Assembly: GCF_030028105.1 (NCBI RefSeq)
Contig: NC_092370.1
Span: 198,320,005-198,384,004 of the forward strand
Direction: 5' to 3'
Length of the DNA: 64,000 nucleotides
From: Mobula birostris
Taxonomy: Eukaryota
The position numbers were made by a program, and so were the translations under genes. Below are positions 62,886-64,000 of this stretch, one piece after another. Position 1 is the first letter of the stretch. Every line of letters begins with the position of its first letter. Under the pieces are notes generated by a model. That model saw nothing but the letters and a program-made list of their open reading frames with translations, was not told the DNA's origin and did not search any database.

Positions 62886-64000
62886 TGTCATGGTCCGGTC
62901 CGTGAAGTCTGCATTCTGGTTCACGGTCTGGTCCGTGGACTCAGGACTCCAGGTCTTCCAGCTGTCCCTTGTTTTGGTTGAGTTAATCATAGGCACCTGA
63001 TTCCCATCTTGGGGCCTGGAATATAAGTGGCCTTGGGGTCGAGTGTGAGCTGCTGGTTTGTCTTGTCAAGATTCCCTGAGAGCGACCTGCTGGTGGAAGG
63101 CTAGAGCAGCCACTTGCCATCTTTAGGCTGCGTTGGTGAACCATCACCTCATGGAGCCTTGCTGTCAGTAGTCGGAACTGTCTTTGCGGCCATTTCCCGG
63201 GCCAGCTGAGTAGCCGTCAGCCACTCCAAGCTAGGTAGGGATCCGGCTGTTTCCGTAGCCAGCCGAGGTCGCTGGCCATAACTACGACTTGGAGCAACCC
63301 CGAAGCAGAGATGGAACTGTCTGTCGTTCTTCGATGTTTGTCTCTTCTTGTCCTCGCCTCCATGGGGTAAGTCAGGCTGCTGTGCCGTTGCCCTGTGGGG
63401 GGGATCTGTCTTGTCTTGTCCTTGCCTCCATGGGGTAAGTCAGGCCATTCTGCCGTTGCCCTGAGGGGGGATCTGTCTCACCTTGGTGTGGAGATGAAAT
63501 TTTCTAAGTATAAGTCCCGGCTCTATGCCCATGTTCTGTCCAGCCTCATGTTGGTATCGTGTTAAAGGTGAGTCCCGGCTTTTCGAAGGATAAGTCCCAG
63601 CTCTATGTTGGTGTACAGTTCCCAGTCTGTCTCCGAGCTCCAGCCTCCTAGTTATCAGCTTCCGCATTCCAAGACCCCAGCCTGTCTCCAAGCTCAAACC
63701 TCAAGACCCCAGCCTGTCTCCAAGCTCAAGCCTCTAGACCCCAGCCACGTCCTGTCCTGTACCCATGTCATGTCCTTGCCTGGTTCTGGGGGCCGAGTCT
63801 GAGGCAAGACCCAGGTCCTGGGTCCTTGTCCAGTCTCTGGCTCTGAGTCCAAGCCCAGGCTCCTAGTTCATAGTTCCTTGTCCGGGTTCCCTGTGTCTGG
63901 TCCATGTCCTAGCCCAAGTCTGCGTTCTTGTCCCTGCTCCTTGTCTGTATCCTGTCACGTCCCTACTCTAGTCAAGTCCTGTTCCTTGTACTTCGGTGTC
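62886..64000 (+). mobile_element. LTR (Gypsy/ERV-like), runs off the window edge
   Basis: Abrupt TGTCA start, CACCTG followed by a TATAA-like motif near 63020, and internal 28-70 bp tandem duplications (63345-63480, 63670-63745). Confidence 0.6.

Noticed and set aside
23100-64000. Exons of a neighbouring gene (e.g. AP5M1, expected from mammalian synteny)
   Set aside because: I recognised none; all longer ORFs here are transposon-derived. Small exons could have been missed.

Overview
Vertebrate genomic DNA. The repeat repertoire suggests a cartilaginous fish, probably a ray (inference). The only host gene I can support is NAA30 (NatC catalytic subunit) on the minus strand. It has four coding exons (21846-22592, 13498-13621, 4165-4220, 1553-1690) that splice with GT-AG introns into a 354-aa protein, and a CpG-island promoter at about 22-23 kb. 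The rest is intronic or intergenic sequence dense in mostly decayed transposons: a full-length Mag-type Gypsy element in a CR1 fragment, CR1, Rex1/Babar, RTE, L1, a HERO-like element, Penelope-like fragments with hammerhead cores, Tc1, Tigger-like, Harbinger, a MITE, tRNA-SINEs, a Penelope-derived 51-bp minisatellite and an LTR at the right edge. The most notable observations are: (1) a Gly-to-Cys change in the NAA30 acetyl-CoA-binding motif; (2) an RTE LINE nested antisense inside a non-autonomous element that shares its 3' tail; (3) a compact, possibly pseudoknotted RNA domain at the 5' end of RTE-derived elements; (4) a 5'-inverted L1 with a twin-priming signature. I found no CRISPR array, rRNA or true tRNA gene. 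Repeat family names come from recognising motifs, not from database searches, and boundaries of decayed repeats are approximate.
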